The translations under genes were made by a program, and so were the position numbers. The notes below the pieces were generated by a model. It ran no database searches. It saw only the letters and a list, made by a program, of their open reading frames with translations, and had not been told where the DNA came from. DNA of 64,000 nucleotides, from contig CAWJCS010000006.1 in assembly GCA_963841435.1 (NCBI GenBank), positions 416,001-480,000 on the forward strand, in the 5' to 3' direction. Below, piece after piece: positions 22,164 through 31,621 of the stretch. Within the stretch, counting starts at the first letter, position 1, and each line of letters starts with the position of its first letter. Source of the DNA: an uncultured delta proteobacterium (GTDB taxonomy: Bacteria > Myxococcota_A > Polyangia > Polyangiales > Polyangiaceae).

Positions 22164-22718
22164 TTGACGTTGGAGCTCTTCGGTCTTTCTCGCCGGTCGC
22201 TGCTGCTTGGGGTCGCCGCCTGCACGGCCTGCGGTGCGCAGCCACCATCGGGGCCCGAGCCCGATTGCGTCGCACCATCCGCGGGCGAAGCGCTGCCGTA
22301 CTGCTTGCTGTCCGTCGAACGAGTCCGCGTCCTCGGCGGTGCCAAACTTGCCGTCGGTGAGGCGACGCTTTGGAACGTCAACGACGCGACGGCGGTCATT
22401 TTGGCGCGAGACGAGCTGGGACTCTTTGCACGCTCTGCGATATGCCCGCATGCTTGTTGCGTGGTGGCACTTTGTACCAATGTTTCCTGCGGAACCCTCA
22501 CGCCCTCCCCGGGAGCGTGCGGCTCCTCTGGCGTCGTCCGGCCCGATCCGGCCGGTGGGATCATCTGCCCCTGTCACGGCTCGATGTTCCGGCTCTCCGA
22601 TGGAGCGGTTCTCAGCGGCCCGGCTCGATCGGCCCTTCGCGCGTACCAGGCAACCGTGGACGAAGCCGACGCCTGGGTCGACACGGGGACCATCGTTGAT
22701 CCCCAAACCCGCGCCTGA
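22164..22718 (+). CDS. Tat-exported Rieske [2Fe-2S] protein
   Basis: SRRSLL twin-arginine motif; CPHACC ... CPCHGSMF..DGAVLSGPA. Confidence 0.85.
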   Translation: MTLELFGLSRRSLLLGVAACTACGAQPPSGPEPDCVAPSAGEALPYCLLSVERVRVLGGAKLAVGEATLWNVNDATAVILARDELGLFARSAICPHACCVVALCTNVSCGTLTPSPGACGSSGVVRPDPAGGIICPCHGSMFRLSDGAVLSGPARSALRAYQATVDEADAWVDTGTIVDPQTRA

Positions 22719-22749
22719 CCGGGGTCTTCGTGCCGATCGTGCCCGGAAA

Positions 22750-23805
22750 ATGAAGGCTCCGCGGCGATGCGGCCAAAAGGAGGCCAGGGACCGACAATCG
22801 TGGAGTCTACCCAACTTAGCGACTCGCACCGGTACCAGTCCGATCCGGACTTCGCACCACCCCACTGGGGCCCCGCCGCGGGCACACGCCTTCCTCGTGA
22901 CGTCGCTGCTCGTCCTACTCGGTGGGCCCGCCCGCGCTTCCGATTTGAAGGCGTGTACCGAGGCGCGCGTGCAGATACAGGGAACCATCGGCGGCGCTTG
23001 GGAAACGGCGCTCGAGCAAGCGTGCAGAGACCTGGCGCGCCAGAGCGATGCGGACCCCGGTGTCACCGTGAGAGTTTCGGCTGACGACGGCGGCATGATG
23101 CTGGAAGCCGCATTGTCCGATGGGCGCGTCGCCGTGCGCCATCTGACACACCCCGACGAGGTGGCGCTGACCCTCGAAGCCGTCACCAGGGTCCCCCGTC
23201 GCGACGAGCCACCCGCGCAACCGCGCGAGCGCGCGCCCGCCATGCCGCCGGCCGAAACGAAACCACCCCCTGCACCCGAGGTCGCGCATCCCGCCTCCGG
23301 TCCTTCTGTCGAGGTCGGGATGACCACGATGGGCCGCCTCGCCCTACCGGGGTACGGGGCTTTGGGAGGCGAAATGTGGGCGCAGCTCCAGGTGTCCGAA
23401 TGGAGCGTCGCTCTTGCCGCACGCTGGGATGGTCTGGTCCTCCCATTCGGGGAGACCCTGGCGGGGTTCGAAATGGACAGCGTTGGCGCCGGCTTTCTCG
23501 TCGGGCGGCGAGCCCGCCTCGCACCCGCGTTACGCCTCGACGCTGGCGTTACGACGGTCCTTCTCGTCAACGCCCAGAGCGTGCAGGCGCCCGACGGAGA
23601 GCACGCAGGTCAGCAGACCGATCTGCGCCTCGGCGCGTTCGGGCGCGCGCACCTCGGGGGTTCGGCCGTGCGCCTTGCCCTGTCGGTTGAGGCCGAATTT
23701 TCCCCCAGCCGGGTGAGACGGCGCCCGAGGATCGACGCGATGCTGCCGCCACTGCCAACGTATGGCTTTGGGCTCGGATTGGGCGCATCCTGGAGCGGAC
23801 CATGA
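22750..23805 (+). CDS. Hypothetical exported protein with a C-terminal beta-barrel-like region (start uncertain, 22750 or 22897)
   Basis: Signal-like LVTSLLVLLGGPARA, Pro-rich linker, amphipathic strands ending YGFGLGLGASW; ATGA overlap with sigma gene. Confidence 0.62.
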   Translation: MKAPRRCGQKEARDRQSWSLPNLATRTGTSPIRTSHHPTGAPPRAHAFLVTSLLVLLGGPARASDLKACTEARVQIQGTIGGAWETALEQACRDLARQSDADPGVTVRVSADDGGMMLEAALSDGRVAVRHLTHPDEVALTLEAVTRVPRRDEPPAQPRERAPAMPPAETKPPPAPEVAHPASGPSVEVGMTTMGRLALPGYGALGGEMWAQLQVSEWSVALAARWDGLVLPFGETLAGFEMDSVGAGFLVGRRARLAPALRLDAGVTTVLLVNAQSVQAPDGEHAGQQTDLRLGAFGRAHLGGSAVRLALSVEAEFSPSRVRRRPRIDAMLPPLPTYGFGLGLGASWSGP

Positions 23806-24359
23806 TCCGCGGCGCGGGGTTGGACGTGAGCAAGGGGAGGACGCCGGATGATGCGGGCGAGCTGAAGCGCATCACCCAGGGCGACCTCGGCGGGTTGGGT
23901 GAGCTCTATGATCGGCATGCCCGAAGCCTCTATGCATTCGTACGTGCCGCTGCGCCCGAGGAGGACGCGGAGGACATCGTGCACAACACATTCTTGAGAC
24001 TCTTGGCCGTTGCGGGTTCCTACCGGGGTACGGGTGACGCGCGCGCATGGTTGTTCGGCATCGCCGCTCGGGTGATGCGCGAGCGGCGCCGCTCTTTCGC
24101 GAGGTTTGCGCGGGCGGTGGGTCGCTTCGCGGCCGAGCCCCAACCCTCCTCGGAGCCGCCACCGGCGGACGGCATGGACATCGAGCGCGGCCTCCGAAGG
24201 CTGACGGAGAGCAAGCGAATCGTCCTGGTGTTGGCAGAGGTCGAAGGCTTCACGTGCCCCGAGATTGCCGCCATCCTCGAGGTACCGATTGGCACCGTTT
24301 GGACTCGCCTGCACCATGCCCGGCGCGAGATCCGGCGCTTCGGGGGAGGCGACTCGTGA
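23802..24359 (+). CDS. ECF RNA polymerase sigma-70 factor
   Basis: LYDRH, DAEDIVHNTFL, AWLFGIA, GFTCPEIAAILEVPIGTVWTRLHHAR. Confidence 0.92.
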   Translation: MIRGAGLDVSKGRTPDDAGELKRITQGDLGGLGELYDRHARSLYAFVRAAAPEEDAEDIVHNTFLRLLAVAGSYRGTGDARAWLFGIAARVMRERRRSFARFARAVGRFAAEPQPSSEPPPADGMDIERGLRRLTESKRIVLVLAEVEGFTCPEIAAILEVPIGTVWTRLHHARREIRRFGGGDS

Positions 24360-25342
24360 CGCATTCACCGTGCGCGCGAAAGTGGGAGGTGGAAGCCGCG
24401 CGGGACGGTCGGCTCGGCAACGGTGAGCTCGAAGCGTTCGAGAGGCACCGGGCGCGCTGCAGCGCGTGTGGCCAAGAAGCCGGTTGACTGGATGAGCTAC
24501 GACGTACGCTCTCGTCGGCGCGCCCGGCGGGCCTCGACGATGTGACGCATGAACGATTGAAGCGCCGTGTGCTCGACGACGCGAACCGCTCCCTGACGCA
24601 ACCAGCCGAACGGAGGCCTCACCTTTTGGGCATTCTAGCTGCGTCGCTGCTCTTGGCCGGCGGCACTGCGGCCGTCTACTTCGTCTGGAACTCGGCCTTC
24701 CCGCCGCCGTATGCCGTGGAGGCCTCGGCGGGGACTCGCTGGGACGAGCACCTCGCCTCCGGCGTGCACCGAATGCGGCTCGAGGAGGGGACGCTGTCGA
24801 TCCACGTGGCACGCTCGGCCGGTGAGCCGCGTCTCATTGTCGAGGTTCCGGATGGGGAGATCCGGGATATTGGGACGCGCTTCACCGTTACCGTGGCGGA
24901 TGGGAGGACGCGAGCCATCCGGGTTCAGGAAGGCGCCGTCGAATTCCTTCGGCGTCATGGGTCGCTCGTCGAGGTGAAGGCCGGCGCGGCTTGGCTCGGC
25001 GCTGCTCCCGAGGCACCGGTTACGCCATCCGCGAGCGGTGAGATCGCTGCGCCGAATACTGCGCCACCAGAACGTTCCGCTCGGCAGGGCGGTGCAACGA
25101 CGGCAACCAAAGAAACGCCGCAGCGGCCGCGGGGCGGCGCACCGTCCGAGAGTACAGGTAAAAGTAGCCCGAGCGAGGTATCGCAGAACGACGACCATAC
25201 CGGGGAAGACCTTCAGTATCTCCACGTGCTCGCCCTCGTGAGAGAGGGGCGAGTGGAGGAAGCACGCCTTGCAGCCCAGGACTACCTGCGGCGCTTTCCG
25301 CACGGCTTTCGCCGCATCGAAGTCGAAGAGGTGGCCCGGTGA
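24356..25342 (+). pseudogene. Anti-sigma factor (ZAS motif + TM + FecR domain) interrupted by an in-frame TGA at 24485-24487
   Basis: GTG 24356 overlaps sigma stop; HRARCSAC motif then EAG-stop-LDELRR in the same frame as ORF 24542..25342 (TM; IRDIGTRFTV, VQEGAV). Confidence 0.8.
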
Positions 25343-26103
25343 CCGACACCAGGAACCGCGTTCCGCGCGTCGTGTTCGCGTATTGGGTAATCAAGGTTGC
25401 GTCGACGACGCTCGGCGAGACGGGCGCGGACATGTTCTCGATGAAGCTCGGTCTCGGCTACGGCACGACGATCTTGCTGTTTCTCGGGTTGTTCGTGATC
25501 CTGCTCGGCATGAAGCTCGCGCTGGGGCGCTACACGCCTTCGTCGTATTGGGCGGTATTTACGGCCTCGGCGATCCTGGGCACGGCGCTCTCGGACTTCA
25601 TCGATCGCACCCTGGGGCTCGGTTACGCTGTAGGTGCCGCGTTTCTGCTGGTCTCGTTGCTCGGAACCCTGGGCATCTGGCGCGCGAAGGAGCGCTCGCT
25701 GTCGGTCGAGCGCATCGAGACTCCGGTCGCGGAGCGCTACTATTGGCTGGCCTTCCTGATCGCGAACACGCTGGGGACGGCAGCGGGAGACTACCTGTCC
25801 GACGATCTCGAGCTGGGATTCCTACAGAGCGCGCTACTCATCGCAGGGCTCTTGGTGCTCACGGCACTCGCGCACTATCTGACGAAGATCTCGGGTGTGC
25901 TCCTTTTCTGGATCGCGTTCGTGCTCACGCGTCCGTTCGGCGCCACCTTCGGTGACCTCTTGACGAAGTCCACCCAACAGGGCGGGTTGGACCTCGGCAC
26001 CTTCGGCGCGTCGGCCGCTTTTGCTGCGCTCATGGCGGTGGCGCTCTGGCGGGAGTCCCGCCTGGAAGCAGGACGGGGCTCGTCGGAGCCGAGCGAATAC
26101 TGA
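25339..26103 (+). CDS. DUF347-repeat (COG4705) membrane protein
   Basis: YWVIKVASTTLGETGAD, YWLAFLIANTLGTAAGD, FWIAFVLTRPFGATFGDLLTK. Confidence 0.85.
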   Translation: MTDTRNRVPRVVFAYWVIKVASTTLGETGADMFSMKLGLGYGTTILLFLGLFVILLGMKLALGRYTPSSYWAVFTASAILGTALSDFIDRTLGLGYAVGAAFLLVSLLGTLGIWRAKERSLSVERIETPVAERYYWLAFLIANTLGTAAGDYLSDDLELGFLQSALLIAGLLVLTALAHYLTKISGVLLFWIAFVLTRPFGATFGDLLTKSTQQGGLDLGTFGASAAFAALMAVALWRESRLEAGRGSSEPSEY

Positions 26104-26349
26104 CCCCTCGTTCAGCAAAACGCGGTCGCGTCGGCTGGGCCGCGAAGGAACGCGAGCCGCACGGCTGCTCGCCGAATCGAGCGCGGTCGGGCTCTCGGCG
26201 ACGCTCGAGCCAGGCTCCTCCGCGGACCCGCTTGGTGCTCGCCGATACGCGCGGTGCCCGGGCCGCGCTCGCGCTCATGTCCGACGACCGCGTGCGGCTC
26301 GTGCTGGCGCGAGTGGGCGACGCGCCGCTCGAGGTGACGTTCGAGCGCC

Positions 26350-26807
26350 GTCAATCCGATTCTGAGGTCGGAGGCGCTGCAGCTCGCGTCGATGCCCGGC
26401 GATAGCTGTCGCACCTGGTCGCACTCGTCGGCGAGCCGCGAGCCGAGCACTCCGAACCCGTACGAGAAGTACAAGCCGACCGTCCACGGCACGAAGCGTA
26501 CGCCCACGTCCACCCAAATCGGCACTTGTCCTTTGAACACGTCGCCGAGCCCCGCCGTGGCGGTTTCGCGCACCTTGCCGAACGGAAACCCGAAGCCGCT
26601 GCGAAGCCCTGCCGCGAAGTGCGGGTCGGAGCTCGGTGGCGCGGTCGCTTCCTCATCGGGCTCGGGCTCCGACTTTTCGAAGGTGCGCGGCCGAGGCTTG
26701 GGCGCCGAGTGAGCGACCGCCACCGAGCCCACGAGAAAGACCATGCACCGGCACCCAACGCCGCTCGAACCCTCTGCATGACCCCTCGATGATGCCACGA
26801 TCCTCAC
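26350..26807 (-). pseudogene. Truncated outer-membrane beta-barrel protein (N-terminal part)
   Basis: GLRSGFGFPFG, QVPIWVDVGVRF, VGLYFSYGFG, CSASDLRIGL; protein-like character lost below about 26350. Confidence 0.55.
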
Positions 26808-26884
26808 GAGGCTCCTGGCGCTTTTTTACGCTCTTTACGGGCGATGGTTCGAAAGTCCCACGCCGCGCTGAAGCTGGCGTCGCC

Positions 26885-28957
26885 CTACCAGTCCGAGATG
26901 GTGACGCCCGTGCCGATCAAGAGGGTGAGGGAGAGCGGCACCGCGGCGGTGGCGAAGCGCGGGAATCCGGGCTTTCTCGACGCGTAGTAGGAGGCCACGC
27001 CACCGGCGACGCCACCGAGGAGCGAGACGGGCAGCGCTATCAAGAGCGCGCCCCAGTCGCCTCGGGCGCTCATCACCACGAGCGCGAAGCTCCCGACCGT
27101 TCCGCCGACGATGCCCGTGCTGAGCGCGATCACCCGCCCGGCTTCGTCGTTGCGCGTCGCGTAGGCGAGCGCGCCGATCCCCCCGACGACGGCGGTCGTG
27201 ATCCCGAGATTTCTGAGGAGGCGAGGGTGCTCGCGCGCGCGAAGCCAGCCTCTTTCTCGTTGGGAAGAGGTCTCGTCGCAGGCTTCGGCGACGCCGTCCG
27301 GAATCGGTGGAGCGCAAGCCGCTCGATGAAGCTCGTCGTAACCCGACGCCTTGGCGTCTTCCGCGTCGGTCAAAAGCGGTCCGGCGTAGCGACGCAGATC
27401 CTCGCGCGCGTCGAAGAGGGGCGCGACCCACGGGTTGACCTGAGCGCCCCCCGGGCTCTTTTCGAGACCGTACCGGGCGAGCGCGCGGCTCGCATGCCCG
27501 CCGCGGGCAGCGGCAAGCACCGGTACGAATCCTGCCGCAGCGTGACAGAGGTCGCGGCTCCACCCTGGACGCAAGACGCCTCGGCGATCCAGCTGCGCGA
27601 TCAGGCGCTCGCCCCACACGGGGGCAAGCGAGCATAGGGTCCACGCCGCCACCTCCTCGACGTCCGTGGCACCGGGCCCCGTGCGTTGGGCGAGAGCGTC
27701 CAGATGAACTTGGAGCTCCGGGGGCAAGCGTCCCTGCTGCTCGAGCCAATCCTGGCAGGGCCCGCGGCCGAAGCTACCGCCCGAAAGCGCCAGCAGATGG
27801 CTCTGGATGAAGTCCTGATCGGGATGCTCGCTCGCGAGCACGGTGCGAACGTGCTCCATCGCGGCGTCGCAGGGAGTCTTGGGTCGCGTTCCATCGAACG
27901 ACAGCACGAAGAGATGCGCGACGTCCTCAAAAAAAGACTGGTAGGCGACGACGGCATCGCCGCGCCGCGCGACTTGGGCCACGCCGGGCTTCAGGGCATA
28001 GGGGTTCGAAGTGACTCGAACGACACCGCGAACAACGTCCCACAGCACGGCGCCGTACGGCTCGAACAGCACGAACTGTCGCTCGCTCAGCCGCACCGCC
28101 GCGCTGAACTCGCGATGTTCTGGAAACGCGATCCGGCGCGCCTCTACTTTCGGGCCGAGCAGCCAGGCCTCGTTTCGCTCCGTTCGGTCGGGAGCTTGTC
28201 CGCGCGTGAAGAGCAGTGCCCGATTGCCGTAGGCGAATGCCGAGCGAATGTCTTGCTGCGCAAAGGCCATGCTGAGTACCCAGCGGCCGGTCTCGAGGTC
28301 GAGGATGCGTAGCGCCATCCTCGACTCCCCTTTGCGTGCGGACCGCCGCTCACCCACGATCATCGCTCGCCCGCGCCCAAGGTCCGTCACCTTCCAGACG
28401 CAGGAGCCGTCAGCGTCAACCGTGCGCTTTCGAAAGGTGCGCGTGGCGCCGTCGAACACCAAGAGCTCGTTGCACCGGAGGCCCCCGGCCGGTCCGGTAA
28501 AAATCGCCCGGCCGCCGGACACGGCAACCGCGCTGAGGCCTCGGAGATCGAGAGGCGCATCGAGGGGCTCCATGGCGCCCGTGTCGGGATCAATCAAAGC
28601 CGGCTCTCGTGTGAGGACCTTGCCGGAGTCGAGCGGGATCGGACCGTTCCAGCGTTCGCGCGGCACCGTGGTCGGCCGGCGCTCGCCCGTGAGCGGGTCG
28701 ACGATGTCGCACGGCGCGTCCGACTTCGGGCAGGCGACTGCCCGTCCGTCGGCAAGGAAGAAGACCCAGCCCGTATCCGCCGTCACGGCTTCGCTCAGAC
28801 GCCAGTGCGGCTCACCCTGTGCTGCCGCCGTGGCCGGCCAGAGGAAAAGGAGACCGACGACGGCCCCGAGTCGCCTCATCAATCGCGCCAGGCGCGCCCG
28901 GTCGAGCAAGGGTGCGGTCGTCCCAGGGACGACGGCAGGCCACCGACACCTTCCCAT
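26885..28957 (-). CDS. Exported beta-propeller (Kelch-like) protein with C-terminal TM helices
   Basis: Signal LLFLWPATAAAQ; blade-like repeats LADGRAV, LDSGKVL, VSGGRAIFTG, LGRGRAMIVG; four hydrophobic C-terminal segments. Confidence 0.62.
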   Translation of the reverse strand: MGRCRWPAVVPGTTAPLLDRARLARLMRRLGAVVGLLFLWPATAAAQGEPHWRLSEAVTADTGWVFFLADGRAVACPKSDAPCDIVDPLTGERRPTTVPRERWNGPIPLDSGKVLTREPALIDPDTGAMEPLDAPLDLRGLSAVAVSGGRAIFTGPAGGLRCNELLVFDGATRTFRKRTVDADGSCVWKVTDLGRGRAMIVGERRSARKGESRMALRILDLETGRWVLSMAFAQQDIRSAFAYGNRALLFTRGQAPDRTERNEAWLLGPKVEARRIAFPEHREFSAAVRLSERQFVLFEPYGAVLWDVVRGVVRVTSNPYALKPGVAQVARRGDAVVAYQSFFEDVAHLFVLSFDGTRPKTPCDAAMEHVRTVLASEHPDQDFIQSHLLALSGGSFGRGPCQDWLEQQGRLPPELQVHLDALAQRTGPGATDVEEVAAWTLCSLAPVWGERLIAQLDRRGVLRPGWSRDLCHAAAGFVPVLAAARGGHASRALARYGLEKSPGGAQVNPWVAPLFDAREDLRRYAGPLLTDAEDAKASGYDELHRAACAPPIPDGVAEACDETSSQRERGWLRAREHPRLLRNLGITTAVVGGIGALAYATRNDEAGRVIALSTGIVGGTVGSFALVVMSARGDWGALLIALPVSLLGGVAGGVASYYASRKPGFPRFATAAVPLSLTLLIGTGVTISDW

Positions 28958-29020
28958 GGGGCGAAGTGTAGCGGTTCATCGGCGTTCATGCTGAACGACG
29001 CTCGCACGAGGAAAATCGAA

Positions 29021-29042
29021 GCCCCCGGGAAATCCCGGGGGC
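29021..29042. promoter_or_regulatory. Perfect 10-bp inverted repeat in a divergent intergenic region
   Basis: GCCCCCGGGA-AA-TCCCGGGGGC between the propeller gene and gatB; function unknown. Confidence 0.3.
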
Positions 29043-29097
29043 GCCGTGCCGCCAAGGGGTGCCTGCCGGCGGGCGGGCGGGGTGATATACCGGCTTC

Positions 29098-30525
29098 GTG
29101 ACTGATTACGAGCCTGTCATCGGGTTGGAGGTGCACGCGCAGCTGCTCACGAAGAGCAAGCTCTTCTGCTCGTGCTCGACGAATTTCGGCGCGCCGCCGA
29201 ACGCCAACGTGTGCCCGGTGTGCCTGGGGTTGCCGGGGTCGTTGCCGGTCATCAACGAGGACGCCGTGCGCATGGCCGTGCGCGCCGCGCTCGCGCTCGA
29301 CTGCACGATCCACAACCGCAGCATCTTCGCGCGAAAGAACTATTTCTATCCCGACCTTCCCAAGGGCTATCAGATTAGCCAGTACGAGGAGCCGTTTTCG
29401 ACGGACGGCGTGCTCGACATCGACGTCGATGGCGTGTCGAAGCGCGTCGGCATCGTGCGCGTGCACATGGAGGAGGACGCCGGCAAGAACGTGCACGGCG
29501 TGGGCGGCGATTCGCTCGTCGATCTGAACCGCGCGGGCGTGCCGCTCGTGGAGATCGTGGGCGCGCCCGATTTGCGCTCGAGCGCCGAGGCGGCGGCCTA
29601 TTTGCGGGCGCTGCGCGACATTTTGGTGTTCATCGGCGTGAACGACGGCAACCTCGAGGAGGGAAGCTTTCGCTGTGATGCCAACGTTTCGCTCAGGCCG
29701 CGTGGGCAGAAGGAGTTCGGCACGCGCTGCGAGCTCAAGAACATCAATTCGTTCCGCTTCGTGCAGCGCGCCATCGACGCCGAGATCGTCCGGCAGACGG
29801 CCGTGCTCGATGCCGGCGGCAAGATCGCCCAGGAAACGCGCAGCTTCGACCCTGACACGAGCCTCACGAAGACGCTGCGCTCGAAGGAAGAGGCGCACGA
29901 CTACCGATATTTCCCCGAGCCCGACTTGCCGCCGCTCGGTCTCGACGACGCGTTCGTGAGCGAGCAAAAGGGAGCGCTCGGGGAGTTGCCCGTCGCGATG
30001 CGGCAGCGTTACGTCGAGGCGCTGAAGCTGCCGCCCGCCGCGGCCGTCACGCTGACGCAGCATCCGGGCTACGCGCGCTTTTTCGAGGCGACGGTGAACG
30101 TCTTTTCCGAGCCCGTGAAAGTCGCGAACTTTTTCGTCAACGAGGTGCTGCGCGGTGCGAAGGTGCACGGTCTCGACGCGACGTTCAGCGTGACGCCCGC
30201 GCAGGTGGCGGAGCTGCTTTCGCTGGTCGAAAAGGGCGACATCAGCGGCAAACAGGCCAAAGAAGTGTTCTCGGCGATCGAGGGCACGCAAATGCTCCCG
30301 GGCAAGGTGGTCGCCGAGCGCGGGCTCAAGGTCGTTTCCGACAGCGGCGCGATCCAGGCCGCCTGCGAGCGCGTGCTCGGGGCCTTTCCCGATCAGGTGG
30401 CGAGCATCAAGGCCGGCAAGAAGGGCGTGCTCGGCTTCTTGGTGGGCCAGGTGATGAAGGAAACCAAGGGCCAAGCCAACCCCAAGCTCGTGAGCGAGAT
30501 GCTCGAGAAGCTCACGGCGAGCTGA
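29098..30525 (+). CDS. gatB: Asp/Glu-tRNA amidotransferase subunit B
   Basis: VIGLEVHAQL, RKNYFYPDLPKGYQISQ, HMEEDAGK, RCDANVS, DYRYFPEPDLPP. Confidence 0.97.
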   Translation: MTDYEPVIGLEVHAQLLTKSKLFCSCSTNFGAPPNANVCPVCLGLPGSLPVINEDAVRMAVRAALALDCTIHNRSIFARKNYFYPDLPKGYQISQYEEPFSTDGVLDIDVDGVSKRVGIVRVHMEEDAGKNVHGVGGDSLVDLNRAGVPLVEIVGAPDLRSSAEAAAYLRALRDILVFIGVNDGNLEEGSFRCDANVSLRPRGQKEFGTRCELKNINSFRFVQRAIDAEIVRQTAVLDAGGKIAQETRSFDPDTSLTKTLRSKEEAHDYRYFPEPDLPPLGLDDAFVSEQKGALGELPVAMRQRYVEALKLPPAAAVTLTQHPGYARFFEATVNVFSEPVKVANFFVNEVLRGAKVHGLDATFSVTPAQVAELLSLVEKGDISGKQAKEVFSAIEGTQMLPGKVVAERGLKVVSDSGAIQAACERVLGAFPDQVASIKAGKKGVLGFLVGQVMKETKGQANPKLVSEMLEKLTAS

Positions 30526-30635
30526 TTTGAACCAAGCTCGCGAAGCCGAACCCGCCGCACGTTCTCGCCCCTTGGAAGAACAGATCCCGCCTCGCCCCGA
30601 GCGGCCATACCCTGATTCATGCTAAAATAGACTTC

Positions 30636-31604
30636 ATGCTTTCCCGTCCCCGCCGCAACCGCCGCACGGCCGGGATGCGCGCGCTCGTGCGCGAGAACGA
30701 GCTTTCGCCGGCGCGGCTCGTGTGGCCGCTGTTCGTGCAAGACGGGGAGGGGAAGCGCACGCCGATCGGCGCCATGCCGGGGCAGGCGCGGCTCAGCATC
30801 GATCTTTTGGTGGAGACGGCAACGGAGGCGTTTCGCTACGGCGTGCCCGCGGTGGCGCTGTTTCCCGCGCTGCCGGACACCCAGAAGGATCCGCGCGGCT
30901 CCGAGAGCGCGAATTTGTCGGGGCTTTTGCCGCGCGCCGTGCGGGCGCTCAAGTCGGCGCTGCCCGAGCTTTTGGTGATCACGGACGTGGCGCTCGATCC
31001 GTATTCGTCCGACGGGCACGACGGCGTGCTCGTCGACGGCCTCATCGACAACGATCAGACGTTGCCCATCCTCGCCGAGATGGCCGTGACGCAGGCCAAG
31101 GCTGGGGCCGACATCGTGGCGCCGTCGGACATGATGGACGGGCGCGTCGGTGTGATCCGCAAGGCGCTCGACGAAGAGGGCTTCACCGACGTCGCCATCT
31201 GTAGCTACTGCTGCAAGTACGCGTCGGCGTTCTACGGGCCGTTTCGCGAGGCGCTCGATTCGGCGCCGCGCTCGGGCGACAAGAAGACGTACCAGCTCGA
31301 CCCCGGGAACCTGCGCGACTGCGCTCGCGAGATCGCGCTCGACGAGGCCGAGGGCGCCGACTGGCTGCTCGTGAAGCCAGGGCTGCCGTACGCCGACGTG
31401 ATCCGCTACGTGCGCGACCGGACGAGCCTGCCCGTCGCCGCCTACCACGTGAGCGGCGAGTACTCGATGCTCAAGGCCGCCGCCGAGAAGGGTTACATCG
31501 ACTACGACCGCTGCCTGCTGGAGAGCCTGATGTGCTTCCGGCGCGCGGGAGCCGACATCGTGTTCACGTACGCCGCGCTCGAAGCGGCAAAGCTGCTCGC
31601 CTAG
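30636..31604 (+). CDS. hemB: Porphobilinogen synthase
   Basis: DVALDPYSSDGHDG, APSDMMDGRV, KYASAFYGPFREA, VKPG, YHVSGEYSM. Confidence 0.97.
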   Translation: MLSRPRRNRRTAGMRALVRENELSPARLVWPLFVQDGEGKRTPIGAMPGQARLSIDLLVETATEAFRYGVPAVALFPALPDTQKDPRGSESANLSGLLPRAVRALKSALPELLVITDVALDPYSSDGHDGVLVDGLIDNDQTLPILAEMAVTQAKAGADIVAPSDMMDGRVGVIRKALDEEGFTDVAICSYCCKYASAFYGPFREALDSAPRSGDKKTYQLDPGNLRDCAREIALDEAEGADWLLVKPGLPYADVIRYVRDRTSLPVAAYHVSGEYSMLKAAAEKGYIDYDRCLLESLMCFRRAGADIVFTYAALEAAKLLA

Positions 31605-31621
31605 GCACGGGCCCGCGTCGC

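Noticed and set aside
24485-24487. Selenocysteine codon
   Set aside because: Lies five codons after the complete HxxxCxxC motif in a helical position; no convincing SECIS seen
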